64,000 bases of DNA, taken from assembly GCF_000315625.1 (NCBI RefSeq), contig NW_005434671.1, forward strand, positions 538,078-602,077, written 5' to 3'. Below, piece by piece: positions 25,973 through 37,667 of the stretch. The notes beneath the pieces were generated by a model. That model had not been told where the DNA came from, ran no database searches, and worked only from the letters and a program-made list of their open reading frames with translations. Positions within the stretch are counted from its first letter, which is position 1. Every line of letters begins with the position of its first letter. The translations under genes were made by a program, and so were the position numbers. Source of the DNA: Guillardia theta CCMP2712. Taxonomy: Eukaryota; Protista; Cryptophyta.

Positions 25973-28370
25973 ATGAGGATAGTGAGCCTGCTGCCTTCCG
26001 CCACTGAGATCCTGGCCCTCATCGGCGCCAAGGACATGCTGGTGGGCCGCAGCCATGAGTGCGACTTCCCTCCAGAGATCCTGAAGCTGCCGACCGTGAC
26101 CAACTCCCAGCTTGTCTTCCAGAGCTCTGCTCAGATCGACCAGGCCGTGCGGGAGTCCTCCAAGGCGGGGATAGACCTCTACGCTGTGGACGCGGACCTG
26201 CTGACGGCACTGAAGCCGGACCTGATCATAACCCAGGGCCTGTGCAGTGTGTGCTCCATCGATGGGACCAAGGTCCATCAGATCGTGAGGCGCATGGAGG
26301 TCCGTCCCAAGATCCTCGAGCTCAGTCCCAACACGCTGGAAGACGTTTTGCAGAACGTGGAGCAGGTCGGGGAGGCTGTGGGGCTGACAGATCGCGCTGC
26401 CGACGTGAAGCTCTACCTCAAGAAGCGAATAGAACTGGCGACGAAGACAGCAGAAGAAGGGAGGAAGAAGAGTGTCCATCCAGTCAACGTCGCCTTCCTT
26501 GAGTGGCTGAACCCCTTGTATATTGGGGGGCACTGGACACCGCAGCTGATAGAGATGGCAGGAGGCGAGCAGAAGCTGCACAACACAGCGAGGCAGAAGG
26601 AGGTGGGATTCAAGTCCTATGCCATCTCGCAGGAGGCAGTCACTCAGTCCGATCCTGACGCGATCATCATCGCCCCTTGCGGCCTAGACCTCGGTGCGAC
26701 TGAGACTGAGATCGCGAACCTGGTGCATGACCAAGACTCCGAGTGGTCGCGATGGTTCTGCGAGCTCAGAGCTGTGAAGGGGAAGCGCGTGGCTCTGGTG
26801 GACGGCAGTCAAATGTTCAACCGTCCCGGCCCGCGACTTGTCGATGCTCTCGAGTGGTTGTCCTCCTTCCTCTACCCCGACGCTCAGCAGCTCAATCCCA
26901 TCCGAAGCAGGTGAGGAATCTGCTGCCTCTCCTCTCTCAGATTCCGTGCAGTCGCTTTCCCTGGAAGGTGATGGAGCTCGCCAACCTGCCCAAGAAAGCT
27001 TGTCTCGCAACCTCGTCAGGCGACAAGGAGCAGCGAGATTCGCGTTCAGATCGGTACTCCTCGCCAGGTGTTGGGCACGCACAAGGTTGGAGCTTTCCTC
27101 TCGAGTGACTGTCTTGCAGTTGGAGGGTTTGGGCAGGACATTGAAGACTGTCACCGGCTGGCGATGGAGGTCTGAAGTTCAGTTCCCTGCTCAGGATGAG
27201 TGAGACGGCAGGCGGGGGAGGATATGTACACAGATCCTCGAACAGGCTTCATGGTCTTCACTGAGATGGCGGCTCTCAAGCGAGGAAGCTGCTGTGGCCG
27301 AGGGTGTCGACACTGCCCGTACGGGCATTGGAACGTGCAGGTACCCGGAGGAGGAAGCTGTCGCTCTTTGACTTCCGGCATGCAGAAGTTTCAAGACAGG
27401 AAGAACGTCGTTCGCAGGCCCACCCTCCTCCCACCTGTGCAGGCGAAGAGCAAGACGTTCTCGAGCTTGACCTTTGTCTTCTGGAGTGGCGGGAAGGACT
27501 CGTACATGGCGTACCTCTCGCATTGCTCTGCCATCGCTTCCACTTCGTCCGAAGCTCACGTGAGTGCTGCTCTTGCTTGCCATGGATGGCCGCTGAGTCG
27601 TGACAGGACAACGAAGTCATCCTCCTCACCACCTTTAACTCCTCCACGGGCATCATTCCCGAGCAGGATCTGCCGATTCAGAAGATCATGGATCAGGCCA
27701 AGGCTCTCGGAGTGAAGCTGCTGCTGGTCCCCCTGCCGGAGAACTGCGACAACGGTCTGCCCTCCTACCTCCCTGCATCGTCTCCCCTCCTCTTCTCACC
27801 ATTCCTGATGCACTCTCATCTCCCTCTCTTTCCTCATGCAACTTGGGTTCAGACGTGTACGTCACGCACATCCTCGAAGCCGTGGATCACGTTCTCGACA
27901 CTCTCGGCATCTCGACAAGCAAGCGGTCATGACAGACGAGTACTAAGGCGCTTCTGATTACTGCACCAGGTCTCAAGCTGTTCAGTTTGTGTTTGGCGAT
28001 TTGCATCTTCAAGACATCCAGCAATGGCGGAGGCAGAAGTTTGAAGGTGACCTCGCGTCGCCATGTAACCTTGTGACCGCCCGCATAGCAAGCGAAGGCA
28101 TCCCGTGCAAGTTCCCACTGTTCGACAAGGACTACAATGACCTGATGGACTTGCTCTGGCAGAAGCCCGTGAGCTCAAGTACCCTCGAGGAACCAGAACG
28201 CTGAGGTGTCTTGCCAGGTCACAGTGAAGATCAGCAGCGTCTGCTCCTCCCAGAGCTCCTTGAAAGTCGGCCAGACGTTCGACCGCGAGCTTGCGGAGCA
28301 GCTTCATGCCCGTGGAGAAGTCGATGCGTTTGGGGAGAAGGGCGAGTTCCACACGGAAGTCGTGCTGTGA
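25973..28370 (+). CDS. Fusion of a BtuF/TroA-like (cobalamin-type) substrate-binding domain, a Cys-rich DUF5522/C1orf53-like module and a Dph6/PP-loop ATP pyrophosphatase
   Basis: MRIVSLLPSATEI...VGRSHECDFP...FNRPGPRLVDALEWL; YTDPRTGFMVFTE...KRGSCCGRGCRHCPYGH; FWSGGKDS...FGDLHLQDIQQWR...DAFGEKGEFHTEV. Introns 26911-26951 and about 27069-27119 join the parts in frame. Confidence 0.75.
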
Positions 28371-28477
28371 GAGCCAACGACAGGGTTCTCCTGCGCGATC
28401 TCAGTCATTTATTCCACAATCAATTCATCCCTCCTTGTTATTCATTCTTTCACACTAGTGTTACAGCGGTTTTCCGT

Positions 28478-30251
28478 TTAGAAGTCCGACTCGCGAGACC
28501 CCGATCGATCTCTCCTCTCCCTCTGCCCGTTGGCGTTGTCATGTCTCTCCTTGGCCTTCTGGTATGCCATCTTCGCTCGCTCGAGATACGCTCCCTGCTC
28601 AACAACGGTAAGAAGCTGTGGGGGAGTGCGCAAGTCTGCTCACGTCATCCTCGTCTTCGCTATTGTACATGTGAGGCTGGCTGTTGAGCGGGGGAATGGC
28701 CTGCTGTGTCCGATTCAGTCCCAGCACGACCAACTCTTCCTCAACAGACCTTCTTCGGCAGGCTCTGGCAGAACTCGCTGAACTCCTCGTCGTCATGGTC
28801 ACCCACAGGTCCCTCACGCTCCTGTCAGACATTCAGCTCAAGGCAAGAGAACCTCCGACATGCTCACGTTCTCCCACGAATGGGCAGACGCCTGCAGACT
28901 GCCCCACGCGGGATGATCATTGAGGTGCATGCCAGGGCTCTTGCGGGTCGAGTAGGCCGTCCTTGGGGTCATGGGCGAGCGGCTGGGAGATCCAGGAGTC
29001 TTATCCTTCCTAGATAGAGACTTGCGGATCTTGGACTGAAGGTTTGACTCGACCTCGCCGTCCTGGTAAGCCGCTTCATCGTAGTACATCTTGGGAGACT
29101 GCTGGAGTGCATCAAGTTCAGACACTGGGAGGCGGAGAGCGATCTATCACTCACGCTTACGGCGGGCTTGCGCTTTTGCTTCTCTTCAGATCGATGTGTG
29201 GTGACAACCTTGCTAAACTTTGCGAAATCATCCTCGTCGATACCAGATTCAATTAGCTTCTTGTCGAAGTACATCTTGAAGTAGAGCAGAGCAAAGCCGT
29301 ACACTGTACAACAACCACGTCTCAGCGCACGAGAGTAGAATGTCAACTCGACAAACGAGGAAGCTGCACTCACCAGATTTCGCAATCACATCCAAGATGC
29401 AGTGGAAAATGTGATTGATGTCGTTTGAGATGACATTGGCCGCTCTGTATGAGAGAAGCCACAGCAGGGGGAACAGGAGCCAGATTCCTAAGGCGACGTC
29501 AGCGGCTGATTCAGAGACTCTCTCAGGACGTGACTCACCGAAGTAGATGAAGACTGCCGTCTTCAAGTGCCTGCGAGCCATGGTCAGCCGCCCGTCAGCC
29601 GCCCGTCCAATTGCTTACTTGAGACTCTGCTTGGCGTTGCTGTCACGGGCGCACAGCGTGAAGAAGTCGAGTCTCTGCCTGACGATGGACAAGATGAAGA
29701 CGTACGTGAAGGTGAACAGGACCATTCCCATGGCGAACCAGCAGTAGGAGAACGGAGCTACTGCCAAACTGCAAGCCACCGCGATCACGAGGCACGTGAA
29801 CACCAGGACCGCGCTAGAAATCTTGTACGGGGCATCAAGACACCAGAGCAGGTCCAAGGTAAGGAGGGGGCAGGTGGTGCAGTAGTCGACGTAAGGGATG
29901 ACTGTCAAAGGAGCGAAACCATTGTCGTTGGAGTGCGATTGCAATACCTTGGCGAAATAGGCAAGCGCACACCTGGCAGGAAAAATGTTACCCACCTTCG
30001 TCTCACTCGTTCCCGCCAATCTCACCAGAGATTGATAAAGACTGTAAGCATGTTCTGTTCCTTGAAACCATTGTAGAAGGACTCTGTACCACTGCAGGGA
30101 CGGGTGTAAGAACAGCAGCAGCAGTTTGCACAAGAAAGGATCACCCGGGGCCCTTGTATCGGAGAGAAATCACCAGCAAAATAATAAACGAGGCCGAGAT
30201 GGCAAGAAAGGAGATCCAGTTGGCGGTGATAACAGCGCTGCTCGCAACCAT
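28478..30251 (-). CDS. CCR2: Bacteriorhodopsin-like cation channelrhodopsin (cryptophyte BCCR, GtCCR2-like), 7TM domain plus long cytoplasmic tail
   Basis: Exons 30251-30145, 30091-30026, 29972-29619, 29570-29539, 29487-29374 and 29303-about 29160, plus tail exons to TAA at 28478. TM3 is IPYVDYCTTCPLLTLDLLW (P84, D87, T91, C92, D98). TM6 is IWLLFPLLWLL. TM7 is ILDVIAKSVYG (D219, retinal Lys223). The gene symbol rests on recall of the GtCCR2 sequence. Confidence 0.93.
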
Positions 30252-30529
30252 CGTGTGCAGACTTTGCCAACGACGACTGGGCACTTACAAACTGAGGGTA
30301 AAACCGAGACGAGCAGACACGGCTGGGGAGAGGGAAGGGCAAGAGCTGAGACGGCAGGGAGGAGGTTGAAGTACGAGAGCAGTAGGTCGGAGAGACTGCT
30401 GGAAGAGAGGAGGAGGAGGAGGAGCAGGCAAGCGAGTGGGTGCCGTCGACGAGGACGAAGCAGACGGGTGGACGTGGGACCAAATAATGGAATTGGGCCA
30501 GAGGGGACAATGACTAGAGGGTCCTAGGA

Positions 30530-31510
30530 GAAGTAGGACCAGAAGTCTATCTTTAAAAATCTACCTCTGCTATGACCCAGTGGGTAGGGGTCCTCTAAGA
30601 GTCGTAACGAGAGAATGGGGCAGTGATACCTCCACCCCCTCATAATCCTAAAAGAGAGAGAGATTAAAGGGGTAGGGTCAGTGTGAATGACACTAAGAAA
30701 GGGGCAATCTTAGGTCAACGGGGGTGGGATGTCACGTCACGGGTACTCAGATGCTAGAAACCTGTGGTAGGGATGAGGTGGGGTCTGTGGCATGGGAGCC
30801 ACAATGGGGGGTAGGGTATAGTTTTGACTGGAAGGGCTGAGGGGAAAAAAAGTCCTGGAGGCGGAGGGGGAGGGGGAGGGGTAGTTGCCGTTGTAGGAGG
30901 AGAAAGGCTGAAACGGTCGGGTCAACAATTATTGAAAGAGGGGTGGGGTGAAAGACGACTGGCAGTCAAGTGCTCACTTAATAGTTGCTAGGACCTGAAA
31001 TGGTAGGGGGGTGCCTAGCAGAATGCAAAATTGGGGGGCCATGATTTTCAGATCAAATCGCCCCCTTCCGAGTAAAGAGATCTGGAACGTTGCGTTCTCA
31101 ACCGTGATGTGATCTGAATCGATGTACTCAACAGGGTGTACCCCACCCATCAAATCCTTAGGGGTCAAAAGTGGGTTTATGGCGCTGAAGGGGCTCAAAC
31201 GCAGCGATTCTGGGGGGCCCGAGAGCTCACTATTATGAGGGGTACTGCCTGCCTCAGTCGGTGAGGGGTGGGGTCTGTGGGGTTGTCCTCGTACTGATTC
31301 TTTAACTTAACTTTGGCCCAGTGAGTCCGTGACCGCGCATCGTGGGACCCCGCAACTCCGAGGGGCTAAACACTGAGAACTCGGAGGCTCGGAACTCGGG
31401 CCGCTGGCCGGGCCCGGCCGGGCCCGTTCACTGGTGGCCCGGTCGGCCCGGCACCGCCGGGCACTGACCGGGGTAAAACGAGGCACCGCGGCCCGCCGCA
31501 CAGCCGGTAG
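30530..31510. repeat. G-rich tract followed by a CCGG/GGCC island upstream of the rhodopsin
   Basis: ggggta/ggtggg runs over 30530-31290 and a ggcccggccgggcccg cluster over 31380-31510, between divergent genes. Confidence 0.55.
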
Positions 31511-31638
31511 CAAACGGGTAGGAGAAGAGTATTAATTGACTTCTGCCTTCATAATATTCAATAGAAAGATACTGAGGCGGACTGGTGTACCTAATTAAAG
31601 GGTGTGATCACGGGGCAGCATTTGAAGTTTCGTCCACC

Positions 31639-33300
31639 ATGCTGAAGATTGTGATTGTGGTGGCGCTGTTGGCGACGGGGACGGGGAAGACATGGAGCGA
31701 AGGAGAGCGGATACACGAGAACCACCTGAGATCTCGCACATCACCTGCCCTCTCATGCTGCATCCTGCTACAGCCAACCTCGCTGTTCGTCTCGTACTCA
31801 CCTGCGGTGAACGTGGAGGTCGGGGTATCGGAGCAGTGCGCAAGCGGGAAGAGGGAGTCAAGGCTGGATGTCAACGGACAGACTGTCAGCCAGGTTGTGT
31901 GCCCCTCTCGCTTCACTGTGAACTTGGAGCAGCATGGCCTGTACAACCTCACGCTCAGTGAGGCCAGCGGGGCAAAGAGCTCAGTGAGTTTCTTTGTGGC
32001 CCACAAGGATTTCTCTAATGAGCGGATATGGAGCCCTGCCAGCCTGTCCCTTCACTCTGATCAGAACAGGCCGCACGATGACGGGAAGGAGTGCGTAGAG
32101 GGGGCTGATACAAAGTTCTGGGTGTTCGTAGCTGCATGGAATGCAGCAAGATGGGTGAACACGACACTGTCAAGTCTTCGCCAACAGACCCACTGTAACT
32201 TCTTCTGTGTTGTTGTGGACGACGCGTCAACAGACAGTACGAGCTCGGTCGTGCAGGAGATGATACGGGGGGACGAGAGGTTTCTGCTGCTGGGGAGGTA
32301 GTGCTCCTTGACTTGATTCAGGTTCACCTTAATGAACAACAACAAGAGGCTCGGGGCGGCTCGGAACTTCTTCCAGCACATCTCCGAGCACACAAGCCGC
32401 ATGAGCGATGAAGATGTGATCGTGTTCCTCGACGGAGATGACTGGCTCGCCGACCAGAACGTCCTTCTCCACCTGGCTGAAGACTACTACCGAAACACGA
32501 GCTGCTGGATGACCTACGGAAGCCTAGGTCGAAGGAGGGGGTGGGTGGGGGGGGGGCATGAGGAGGAGGAAGAGGTGGTGGTAGTGGTGGTGGTGGTGGT
32601 GTGGTGGTGGTGGTGGATGAGCAGGAGCAGGAGCAGGAGGAGCAGGAGCAGGAGGATGCTCACCGTGCTCTCAGTCTACTTCCCGCATGGCATCGCCTCT
32701 ATCTCTCCTCCTTTCCCACCGAGTGTTGTGCAGTCCTCCTCCTACCGGGCAAACTTGCAGGCTCGTGCTTTTCTCCCCACTGACTTGCTAGCAGAAGTTC
32801 GAGTGGATCAGCACGCACCTCCGAACCGTCAAGTTCAAGGTCTGGAGGAACCTACGAGAAGAAGACTTCAGGTGCTCGCCGGCCCCTGTCCCCTGCTACT
32901 CCCCCTGCTGACGCCCCAGCAGGGGGCCCGAAGGGCGCTTCCTTGACATGACTGTCGACATGGCCATAATGTTCCCGTCCCTCGAGATGGTGCGTGTCCC
33001 ATGGCTCTGTGCGGCAACGCTGAGGAGCGACAGGCGGCAGGACGAGCTTGTGCTGTGCAACGCGTGATGTACGTGTACAACATGGCGAACGAGCACAATG
33101 ACTTCCGCGTCAGTGAGAAGCGACAGCTGGTAGATACCAGCTCCTCCATCCCTGGACCTCACTCCCCTTGCTACCCTCCCGCCTCCTCCCTCCCTCTCCC
33201 TCCCTCTCCCTCCCTCTCCCTCCCTCTCTTGTTTCCTTCCGCCATTGGGATTTCAAGACCATCTTCACGTGTAATGCATTCCACAGCAGCTCGAACACTT
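31639..33300 (+). CDS. Glycosyltransferase family 2 with signal peptide, multi-exon
   Basis: Signal MLKIVIVVALLATG, FVAAWNAARWV..TLSSL..Q, VVVDDASTD, FLDGDDWL (DxD), WMTYGS, THLRT, and YVYN. The 3' end is uncertain. Confidence 0.85.
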
Positions 33301-33372
33301 CATTCGCAACAAGCCCAGCTACAAGCCGCTGTTATGGTGGTAGATTTCAGCCTACAGGAGAGGGGGCAGGGA

Positions 33373-36300
33373 TCATCCGCTGCCATACTCCCCTGCCAAC
33401 TTGGGCTCGTCTATCACGATCTCAGCCTCCCCCTCCTGGGTTACTTCCACTCTCTGAACGGTAGATTGGAACGATAGCTCCTGATCTTCCACTAGAGTCG
33501 TCGGTTTGTCTTCCAGCGCTGGACCCAGCACAGGCCCGAAGTATCCCAAGAAGACAGGCAAGAAAACCACAGCATGAATCCCGCCAAGAAACAGAACGGT
33601 GAAGAGAATCTGGAGAAGCCAGACGGGTTAACGATCTCCCAGCTATACGCCTCCTCAGCACAAAACTCACGGAGAAGAAGGAGGCGAAGATTCTGCTCTT
33701 GGATCCCACCAGAGGGAGCAGTGCGATCATGGTTGAAAGATCAGCTGCTAGGATTGGCATCCCGATCCTCTCCAGCGCGTCAATGGCCTGACAAGCATAA
33801 GTGAGCGGTTTTGAGGACGGTCAGGCCAACCATCAGCTTCCGCCGCGTGCTTGCGCTCGTGTCTCCCCCTGCACCGGCTCGGCTTGACATGAAGGCGTGG
33901 ATGTAGTGTGCCACGTTGTCGATGGAAAAGCCGATGGCCAAAACCTGCCGTCTTTCAGTGGAGCCGCAAGCAGAGAGGGGAGGAGGGGAAGGAGCTCTGA
34001 TCGCGGAGAGAGCAGAGAGAGGAGATTCATGGGGAAGGTGGGTAGGGGGGTGGGAGGAGGGCAAGCATCGTTACGAGGTCTATCATGGAGATCGTCTCTA
34101 TCCTCAGGTTGGAGATCAGGGTCATGCTCGCCAAAGTGCCGACCTAACGAACGTCAGCAAAGGAGCAGCAGCAGCAGCAGCAGCAGGAAGGGGCCCACCA
34201 GAATCATGGAAACGACGATCATGGCAACAACACAGAGGATCTGCCACCAAGGAACGAGTGAGACGACCAGGATCGGCGATGCTTCTGTCACCGGATGAGG
34301 AATGATGATGACGGTAACCAAGAAGCAGGCAGCGGCCTGCACCAGACCGTGAGCAGCAGCGAATAGCAGCAGCTTCCGTCAGCACAGCAGCAGCAATAGC
34401 GGGCATCAGGGCGTTACCGCATAGACAAGGTTCAAGATGGTCTGTGTCACAATGATGGCTGAGGCTTCGAAGAAGACGAACGTGTTGTCCACATCGACAG
34501 TGAGCGGGCGGTCGTGCAAGTCGTGCGGGAAGTTGTCGTCAAGAATGCTTCTGATCTTCTTGAGACAAGGGACGCCAGTCTTGTCCCCGCTCGTGGTCTT
34601 GGGAGGTATCTGCCTCACCCTGAAGCGACTCATCAGCATCCTCCACTCCGACGGCTTGTCCTTGTCAATCACGAAGTCTGGCTGAAATATTTCTCCGGCA
34701 CCCTCCAGCCACGTTCGCAGCTCCTCCTTGAAGGCTGGTCCGTTCAGATCCTCCGGCCTCACTCCTTTATTGGTCTCGTACTGGTTGAAATCTCGCAGCC
34801 ATAGCCCGTTGCGTTCGCGGAGGAAGCAGGCATCGTCTTCGATCGTGGCTACCACGCGCAGGAGCTTATCCCTTTCTGCCCGAACGCTCAGGTCGGAGGA
34901 GTGAGCAGGAACAGCAACGGTGTACAAAGGACCGACACTGTTGAACAGCCTGAAGTTCTGCGTCACAAACGTCGTCCAGTAAGAGTCCGAGGAGGCCAGG
35001 TCTCGCAGGTCCAGCCCGGTCCCGACATTCGCTGCCCCGTACAGTGCGATCCCGAGGTAACCCGCGAAACCGAGGAGAACCAGGGCTGCGACTTTGGGTT
35101 GGAGGAGGAACGCGCCGTAGCCCGCCGCGAACCGTGTCACGTACGCCGTCTCAGGCTGAGTCCTGCAGTCCCCCTCGGCATTGAGGTAGCTGGTGCTGGC
35201 GGGGCTTGCCTGGCTGTCGTAGCGCGGGGACCAGAGGACGCCCCTCCCTAGCAGCAGCCACCACCAGGAGAGCTGGCAGTACTCGCGATGAGCATCGAGG
35301 GCCATGAAGGCTCCGAAGAAGAGGAGCTGGTGGACGAAGAGGAGGATAACCCCGGAAGCCGCGTACGCACAGAAGCCTTGCACAGCAGGGAAGCTGCTGG
35401 AGGCTCCCACGGCGAAGGCAATGAAGTCGGTGATGGAGGTGAAGAAGATTGACGTGCCAGCGGTCTTGAAGGTCAGGAACATCCGCTGCTGCACGCTCGC
35501 ATCGGCTGGGAGGTGCGCAGCAGAGTAGTGGTACGCCTGCACGAGCACGAACGAGTCGTCCACTCCAAGCCCCAGCAGCAGGAAGGAGACGAAGGCAACG
35601 ACGGGGTTGTACTTGACCCTGCAGTACCCCATGAGCCCGAAAGCGCTTCCGATGGCCAGGAAGACGGACAGGCAGGCGCAGAGGCCAAGAGCGCCCTTGG
35701 ACGCGACCCTGTCCATGAAGGAGTGCATGACGACGAAGGCGAAGAGGGATACGGCGACGAAGGAGATTACCAGGAGGATCGTGTCGCCGCTGGTGCTCTT
35801 GGACAACTCCATCTGGCTCGATCTCGATATCTCGTACGCGATCTTGAAGCGACAGGAGGGAGGCAAGCTCTGGCTGGCCGACTCGATCAGATCCAAGAAG
35901 GAGTTCTCCCACAGATTCGAAACCTCAGCTGACACCTCTGTGCTGAGTTGATAGTAAAGCTTCCACCCCTCAACCCGCTGCAACCTGCTACCATTCGCAG
36001 AGGTCTCCCGTCCTCCCGCAAACGTGGCTACAGGGATGTCCCCGTAAGGGGTCAAGGAGAGCCACGTAGGAGGCAAGTTGAAGATCTCTGAGTCCTTGAG
36101 CTCCACGACTCCGACGAACTTGCAAGAGTCTGGATACCCAGGCAACTTGAACCGTTGGCACACGTCCTTGAAGGCAACCTTGCCCTCCCCATCTGCCGAT
36201 GAGGCGTTTCGAACCTCCATCCTCACGATAGCCTCGTGGATGCTCCTTATCTGCCCGATCGTCTCCGCGTCCAGCAGGTTTCCTCCCTCCTCCTTTGAGT

Positions 36301-36626
36301 AGAGCACCACCTGACTGCCATGCTCCGGCTCAGCAACAAGTTGAGGTAAAGAAGCAATGGTTTCACCTGTATCGGGCTGCCTTGCGACTAGTTGGGAAAT
36401 ATTTTCGGTACAGGTCTCTCTCTTCTCTTGCTCTGTTGCCTTTGGAAGGCGAGTACAGCACCTCCGCTGAGTTCTCTGCCTCGATCATCTTTGTCCCGTA
36501 CAGCAGGCTGAAGCATATGGCGAGAGAGAGCAATATCGACCGAGCAGGGTAGACTGCAACGTAGAGCCCGACCCCTCCAAAGAAATCAGAGAGTTTCTCC
36601 TCCATGTAGATCACAGCGGAGTTCAT
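33373..36626 (-). CDS. Patched/NPC1-like sterol-sensing-domain RND transporter (PTCHD3-like)
   Basis: SSD with FLLLGLGVDDSFVL, GTSIFFTSITD.IAF.VG, FPAVQGFCAY, FFGAFMALD, and a second half with AIGFSIDNVAH. Confidence 0.9.
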
Positions 36627-37667
36627 CTCGGTTTCCCACTACGTTGTCCCGATATACATCTGTGACTCTTTGCTTGGAACTGGTTATCTTGCTCTTTCTT
36701 TCGTCGCCTCGCGCATTCTTACCCCTTCCTCATCCTGCCCTGCCTCAAATGGCCAGTCCTGATACCTCACCCCCTCTCCCCCTCTTCTCCCCTCATCTCA
36801 CTTCCAAACTCTGTTCCTCTTCCATCGTCTGTTTCCTGTTCATCCTTTCTTCCTCTTCCATCGTCTGTTTCCTGTTCATCCTTTCTTGCTCTTCCATACT
36901 CTCTCCGTCTCTCACTCCTCCATATTCGCCTTCCTCGCTCCCTCGCCTTTCCACATGTTCACAGACTGTACCGCACCATTCTGACTATAATAGCCCAGGA
37001 GTCCCGCCGCTGGTACTAATGTTTACTCAAAACAGCCATTTAAAACCTTGTTGCCAACGGTGTGCACATGTAGTAAAGTCAAGTTCTTAAAGCACATGGC
37101 TATATTGGAGCTAAACTATAGCAGAGGCACTAATATAAAATCGCAAGGTGTGTACCCTTCAGCCTCCCTAGGTCGGTGCCGGCAACAGCCCGTGACTCAT
37201 ATCAACAGGCCCGCCTCGGTGGCAACAGGAAATTGAAAGGTATCGTACGGTATGAGGGGCAAATTGACGAGCGTTGGCGAGTTGGGCATGTCGGAGGAAG
37301 CAGAAGAGGTAAGGGGGGGATGCGGCTGTCGCGCTATGGCCTGCGACTTGCTCTCGTCCCATGTGCTCACCATGAGCTAGAGGGGTCCCGTGCCGGCCAC
37401 GATGCCATGCAACACTAGTTGCTCATCGTTGCTTCATACTCCCTCTCCGCTTGGAGAGCTGATGTTGTTACCTTTCGGTGCCCGGTGTTGAAGTGCGATG
37501 AGTTCGTGTGCCGATTCGTTCACTGGGAACCGATATCGTGTTATTCACTTGCGTGCTATGTGCAATTCATTGCATTATTCTCCGCCTGTCTTCTGTGTAT
37601 ACTCCATTGTTCTAGCATTTGCTCTTCAACCGTTACTGCTGCATGTTGTCGGAACTGACGATGGGTT

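Noticed and set aside
28478-30251. Rhodopsin as a proton pump or an anion channelrhodopsin
   Set aside because: DTD alone suggests a pump, but R82 is Pro and T90 is Cys. ACRs lack a carboxylate at the D85 position, which is Asp here. BCCR fits best, pending electrophysiology.
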